Part shown: positions 59,362 through 64,000 of the stretch, one piece after another
Numbering within the stretch: the first letter of the stretch is position 1
How the letters are laid out: each line of letters begins with the position of its first letter
DNA from: Bacteriovoracaceae bacterium
GTDB lineage: Bacteria > Bdellovibrionota > Bacteriovoracia > Bacteriovoracales > Bacteriovoracaceae
DNA length: 64,000 bases
Assembly: GCA_048270185.1 (NCBI GenBank)
Contig: JBLWTJ010000001.1
Coordinates: 1,344,001 to 1,408,000, forward strand
Direction of reading: 5' to 3'
Made by a program: the position numbers and the translations under genes
Notes under the pieces: model-generated
What the model was told of the DNA's origin: nothing
The model's input: the letters and a program-made list of their open reading frames with translations, nothing else
Database searches by the model: none

Positions 59362-60888
59362 ATGAAAAAGATAATCTTAATTCTGACATTATTATTTGTG
59401 GCCTCTTGTGCAAAGGAAGAGTTTACAACTCCTAAGCAAGACAATACTTACAGTACACCGAATGTTTCAATAACAAATGATGAATTTGAAGCGAGTATGA
59501 CTTATGTTCAGCCGCCTGTTGATATTCTCTTTGTTTGGGATAACTCAACTAGTACAAACTTTCTTGGAACAGAAACAAAAGCCGCGTTAAATAATATTGT
59601 TAATAATATTTCAAATCGTTTTGACTATCATGTCATGATTGCGCCACTTGTTCAAAATAGTGGAGAAGGAATTAACTCAAGATCATACTTCTTCTCAAAA
59701 GATGGGCTTGTACCAGGAACTGGTATTACAACAATTAATCCAGCATCTGCATCATCAGTAATTAATTACCCTCAAGCGAGCGGGAGTTACGAAGCAGGTT
59801 TAACTCGAGTGCGTGACCTTTTAAAAGTAAATCAATCAAATGGTGTCTTTAGAAAAGATAGCTATACAATTATCGTTATGATGTCTAACGATGATGATAA
59901 CTCATGGGCAACAGGAAACTTCTCGAACCCATTAAGTGATACAGCAACCAAATATCAAAGAGGGAAAGTACACGATATTCTCTGTATGCGTGGGAACTAT
60001 GACGGTCAATATTATTCAAATTCGAGTGGAACAACTTGGAATGCAGCATGTAGTGGATCAAGTAGTTACGAATTAAACTCAATTATGATGAGATTTGTTT
60101 CTATTACTGCAGCTTACGAACCAAGAACAGCAAATTGTCCTCAAATCAATAATGGAAAAACTAATACTCTTTATCGAAATACTAGTCGTGATATTTTTTG
60201 GGCATCTTATACAAATATGGGTAATAGCTTTCCATTTGAACCCGCCTACGTTCCGAACGAAGACAAAGTCGATATTTGCTACACAAGTAATTTCACAACA
60301 GTATTCGATCACGTTAATAGCGTCATCACTGATGCTATCATTGCTCACAGTTATAATTATATTAAAATTGCTGACTCTTATGAGCTTGTCGATCCAGAGA
60401 CAATTGTCGTTTATAAAGGATCATACCCTAACCTAATAGAAATTCCAGAATACTCAGGTTCAGGAAGTGGTTTTGAATATGTTGGAGTTAATACCTTCAA
60501 TACTCGTTATTCTCCAACACTAGGAGAACAAAAAACAGGGCATATGATTCGCCTTCACGGATCAGCAAGGCTAACATATCCAGAAAAAATAAGTTTCACA
60601 TTTAACGAACCAAAGAGCTATTACGGTTACGTTCACATGGCCGGAAATCCAGTTGAAAGCAGTATCGTGCTAAAAATTAATGGAGCCACGATACCTAAGA
60701 GTACTTCAAATGGATGGGAGCTTATTGGTTATCGTACGAATCAAAATATTAAGATTGTCTCACCTACTGATGACTCTTTTGGAAGTCCTCCTGAATATAA
60801 GACGGGTTACTTCTTAAAGCTTCACGGAAATGCAATTTATTCTGATGGTGCTGATGTTAATGTTAATTACCATACAACAGGTAATTAA
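59362..60888 (+). CDS. vWA-domain lipoprotein with two C-terminal beta repeats
   Basis: Lipobox FVASC; MIDAS DILFVWDNSTS; YEAGL; IVMMSNDDD. Confidence 0.75.
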   Translation: MKKIILILTLLFVASCAKEEFTTPKQDNTYSTPNVSITNDEFEASMTYVQPPVDILFVWDNSTSTNFLGTETKAALNNIVNNISNRFDYHVMIAPLVQNSGEGINSRSYFFSKDGLVPGTGITTINPASASSVINYPQASGSYEAGLTRVRDLLKVNQSNGVFRKDSYTIIVMMSNDDDNSWATGNFSNPLSDTATKYQRGKVHDILCMRGNYDGQYYSNSSGTTWNAACSGSSSYELNSIMMRFVSITAAYEPRTANCPQINNGKTNTLYRNTSRDIFWASYTNMGNSFPFEPAYVPNEDKVDICYTSNFTTVFDHVNSVITDAIIAHSYNYIKIADSYELVDPETIVVYKGSYPNLIEIPEYSGSGSGFEYVGVNTFNTRYSPTLGEQKTGHMIRLHGSARLTYPEKISFTFNEPKSYYGYVHMAGNPVESSIVLKINGATIPKSTSNGWELIGYRTNQNIKIVSPTDDSFGSPPEYKTGYFLKLHGNAIYSDGADVNVNYHTTGN

Positions 60889-61952
60889 TAGGCATTCCCA
60901 GATTTTTCTTCATTGATTGATTGCCAAGCAACTTGAAAAATGAGCCCAGGTAAAACCTTTGTGAGTTTTTCAATATCCACTGTGGTTGTCATATTCCCTT
61001 GATCATCAACTAGGACATCTTCAACTAGCCCTGTTTTAATGGCCGGTTGAAGGTCTCCTGGATTGACAATGGCCTGACCTTCTTTTAATTCAGCAATAAC
61101 TGCACTTACATTGGCCCTAGCCTTTCCTTCTGTAATACCTTTTTGACGTAGTTGACGAGCAAGACTTGATAACATGAGATTACATCTCTTACTTGTTTTC
61201 GTTTTCTTCTCATCATCTTTAACTTTTTCTGCATTAACAAAAGTAACAATACTTCTTAGAGACTCAAGATTTGGAATTTTAATCATTTTAGGTTGCCCAT
61301 CTTTATCATCTTCAATAGAAATGAAGCCTTCTCTTTTTAAAAGTTCAATCATTTCTTCGAATTTAATTTCTGCAATTCCAAAAATATCGAAGAGGTAATA
61401 ACGAATCGAGTTCATATGAATTCGATGTGCGCCATCTTCACCACGTTGAGCATGGACTTTAGAAGACATATAAATACCGGCGACAATTCTTAGAACATCT
61501 GTCGTGTGAAAGAAAACATAGTCCCCTACTTTTCCATCTTTACCAAACCCAACAGAGTTAGTCTCAAGTGCTTTAACACGATCATTTGTTTTTCTTAAAC
61601 GATCAGCAAGGGTATTTACGATGGTTTTAAACCAAGGGTTTAAGCCTTTCATCGTTTTATCGAAGGCCGCAAATGTTACGCGAACAACATCAGTTTCAAC
61701 AATGGCCGAAGCTGAACAACTACGACGAGAGCCTTTGTCATCAAAGTAGGCCATCTCACCAATTACTTCACCGGCCCTAAGAACTGCGATTTCAACAAAG
61801 CCCTGACCTTTTGGAAGAAAAAGTCTAATTTGTCCTTTTTGAATTATATAAAGTGAGTCTGCAGGATCATTTTGGTTGAAAAGAGTTTCACCTGCTTTAA
61901 ATTTAACTATACCAGATTTTGATTGTTTCTGAGTTTGAGCTGCTTGGGCCAT
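60885..61952 (-). CDS. Cyclic-nucleotide-binding (Crp-like) domain protein
   Basis: GETLFNQNDPADSLYIIQKG, GEVIGEMA, RSCSA, LADRLR. Confidence 0.85.
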   Translation of the reverse strand: MAQAAQTQKQSKSGIVKFKAGETLFNQNDPADSLYIIQKGQIRLFLPKGQGFVEIAVLRAGEVIGEMAYFDDKGSRRSCSASAIVETDVVRVTFAAFDKTMKGLNPWFKTIVNTLADRLRKTNDRVKALETNSVGFGKDGKVGDYVFFHTTDVLRIVAGIYMSSKVHAQRGEDGAHRIHMNSIRYYLFDIFGIAEIKFEEMIELLKREGFISIEDDKDGQPKMIKIPNLESLRSIVTFVNAEKVKDDEKKTKTSKRCNLMLSSLARQLRQKGITEGKARANVSAVIAELKEGQAIVNPGDLQPAIKTGLVEDVLVDDQGNMTTTVDIEKLTKVLPGLIFQVAWQSINEEKSGNAY

Positions 61953-61994
61953 CCATAGTCCTACTAAAAGCAGGACTATGAAAGTCCTGCAATA

Positions 61995-63161
61995 TTATTT
62001 AATCTTTTCTAGTATTAATGATAACGCTTCACCGCCACCGATGCAAATAGAGGCCAAACCGTACTTAGCGTTTTGGTTTTTCATTGCAGTCATAAGAGTC
62101 ACAACAATTCTTGTTCCACTTGTTCCAATTGGGTGACCAAGTGATACACCTGAACCATAGATATTAAGTTTTGCGTGATCAATTCCTAGCTCTTCCATTG
62201 CGGCCATTGGTACAGCAGCGAAAGCTTCGTTGATTTCAAATACATCAATATCCGAAAGTTTTAGTCCAGTTTTTTCAAGGTTCTTCTTCATTGCTTCAAT
62301 TGGAGCAGTTGTAAACCAAGTTGGCTCTTGTGCATGAGAGGCCCAACCAACAATTTTAAACTCTGCTTGGTCTTTATATTCTTCACCAGCAAGGACAACT
62401 GCAGCTGCACCATCATTAATAGTTGAAGCGTTTGCAGCAGTAATCGTTCCGTCTTTCTTAAAAGCAGGTCTAAGCTCTGGAATCTTATCGAATTTCGCTT
62501 TGAAAGGTCCTTCATCTTCTGAAACAACTGTATCTCCTTTACGGCCTTTAATTGTTACAGGTGCAATTTCATCCTTAAAGATTCCTGCTTCAATAGCAGC
62601 TTGAGCTCTTTTAAAAGATTCAATTGAGTAAGCATCTTGAGCTTCTCTTGATAAGTTATATTTTTCAGTACACTCTTCTGCACAATTTCCCATTGCTTGG
62701 TCAGAGTAAACATCCCATAAACCATCCCATTGCATGGCATCTTTAACTTCAGCTGCACCAAATTTTGCAACACCTGTTCTTGAGTTCATTAGTAAGTGAG
62801 GTGCTTGAGACATATTCTCCATTCCACCTGCCACGACAACTTGATTATCACCAGTCATGATAGACTGAGCACCAGAGATGATTGTTTTCATTCCTGATCC
62901 ACAAACCTTATTAATTGTTGTACATGGAGTTGAATTTGAGAGACCTGCAAAGATAGCGGCCTGACGAGCTGGTGCTTGTCCAACACCTGCTTGAACAACA
63001 TTTCCCATAAAGACTTCATCCACTTTGTCTTTTGCAATACCTGCTTTTTCAACAGCTGCTTCAATAGCAGTTGCTCCTAAGCGAGTTGCTCCAACTTGAG
63101 CTAGGCTTGAAAGAAAGCTTCCACTTGGAGTTCTTGCTCCAGATAAAATGTATACACTCAT
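61995..63161 (-). CDS. Acetyl-CoA acetyltransferase (thiolase)
   Basis: INKVCGSG, GGMENMS, FEINEAFA, GHPIGTSG, CIGGG; AAGGAG before ATG at 63161. Confidence 0.95.
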   Translation of the reverse strand: MSVYILSGARTPSGSFLSSLAQVGATRLGATAIEAAVEKAGIAKDKVDEVFMGNVVQAGVGQAPARQAAIFAGLSNSTPCTTINKVCGSGMKTIISGAQSIMTGDNQVVVAGGMENMSQAPHLLMNSRTGVAKFGAAEVKDAMQWDGLWDVYSDQAMGNCAEECTEKYNLSREAQDAYSIESFKRAQAAIEAGIFKDEIAPVTIKGRKGDTVVSEDEGPFKAKFDKIPELRPAFKKDGTITAANASTINDGAAAVVLAGEEYKDQAEFKIVGWASHAQEPTWFTTAPIEAMKKNLEKTGLKLSDIDVFEINEAFAAVPMAAMEELGIDHAKLNIYGSGVSLGHPIGTSGTRIVVTLMTAMKNQNAKYGLASICIGGGEALSLILEKIK

Positions 63162-63281
63162 GGTAATCTCCTTATATATGTATAATAACACTATGTGCCG
63201 ATGTTCATTTAAATTTGAGATATATTGACACACATTTAACGAGTTGTTAATTATCATCAAGACTTTTCAACGGAGTATTGA

Positions 63282-63716
63282 ATGCTTTCAAGAACGAACA
63301 ATGTTTTCTTAATTGACCTTCCAAATGAATGGGCCGACTCGGTTCTAGAACTTTTACAAGACACCTACCGAAACGAGCTAGTTGACGCAGGTAAGGTATT
63401 TGAGGTCTACGGAAAACTCTACAAAGGTGAAGTTCTAGTCATCGCCTCTCTTGTTGACACATCTAATCAAGCAGCTGCTGCCACAACATATTTTGCTTCA
63501 ATGGATCTAGCTGATGACGCAGACCACACAAAACTTCTTGAAAGCCTTGTGGACTCAGTTGGTGCCTTCTTTGATACTTTCTTTGCAGATGAAAACTGGG
63601 ATGACTACCAGGACATGTGGAAGGAAGAAGAGTTTAAGGGCCATAAGATCTTTTGTAAGGTCTCACGTGAGAACGTAGGGCTTACGATTCAAGCCGACCG
63701 TCTTCTCAACCAGTAA
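63282..63716 (+). CDS. Acidic hypothetical protein
   Basis: GGAG SD; 144-aa ORF. Confidence 0.7.
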   Translation: MLSRTNNVFLIDLPNEWADSVLELLQDTYRNELVDAGKVFEVYGKLYKGEVLVIASLVDTSNQAAAATTYFASMDLADDADHTKLLESLVDSVGAFFDTFFADENWDDYQDMWKEEEFKGHKIFCKVSRENVGLTIQADRLLNQ

Positions 63717-63816
63717 AGAAAACGCATTGCAACAGCTTAACCCTCATTAACTTGCCAGAGTTCGCTATCTTTAATAGCATTTTCTGATAGGACATTTTAA
63801 ACAAAGAGGGATTTTT

Positions 63817-64000
63817 ATGAAAAAGCTACTTTGCTTAGCACTACTACTCTTTCTAACTCAAAAGATTTGGGCACAAGAACCACAAAGACATAATGTTGTT
63901 GAAGGTCAAATTAATTGGGGAAGATTTGTAAATTGTGAAATCTACAATGATACTCACAGAAGAATGCAAGTTGTGGACTACCAATATATTATCACTTTCA
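63817..64000 (+). CDS. Secreted hypothetical protein, truncated by the window end
   Basis: GAGGGA SD; MKKLLCLALLLFLTQKIWAQ..., open to the end of the window. Confidence 0.65.
   Translation, partial: MKKLLCLALLLFLTQKIWAQEPQRHNVVEGQINWGRFVNCEIYNDTHRRMQVVDYQYIITF

Overview
AT-rich chromosomal window from a predatory Bdellovibrionota bacterium. Gene content points to Bacteriovoracia (Halobacteriovorax/Bacteriovorax-like); this is an inference. Housekeeping genes include pgi (partial), mutL-miaA-ppsR, rpsU, rarA, lpdA with a two-lipoyl E2, an epmB-like radical SAM gene, recJ, cyclophilin, rsgA, a DTW enzyme, a thiolase, tRNA-Gly(GCC) and tRNA-Arg(TCT). These are interleaved with signalling and predation-type genes: a DgcB-like FHA-GGDEF cyclase, two PilZ proteins, a Ser/Thr kinase, a CheR-REC-pseudoCheB fusion, a cNMP protein, tandem endonuclease I genes, two SLT-like proteins around an M48 peptidase, a vWA lipoprotein and a TolC-RND-TetR cluster. 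No integrase, transposase, phage or CRISPR-Cas genes were seen. The most notable non-coding signals are: (1) a 98-bp tandem repeat starting in the tRNA-Gly 3' end, whose first junction can fold into a tRNA-Gly acceptor-stem microhelix ending UCCA; (2) six sigma28-like promoters with identical 16-nt spacing; (3) a (TCAA)6 tract just upstream of a large outer-membrane gene; (4) a tandem palindromic operator before tolC; and (5) an unannotated 44-aa hydrophobic ORF with a perfect SD. Product calls come from motif recognition only; no database searches were run.
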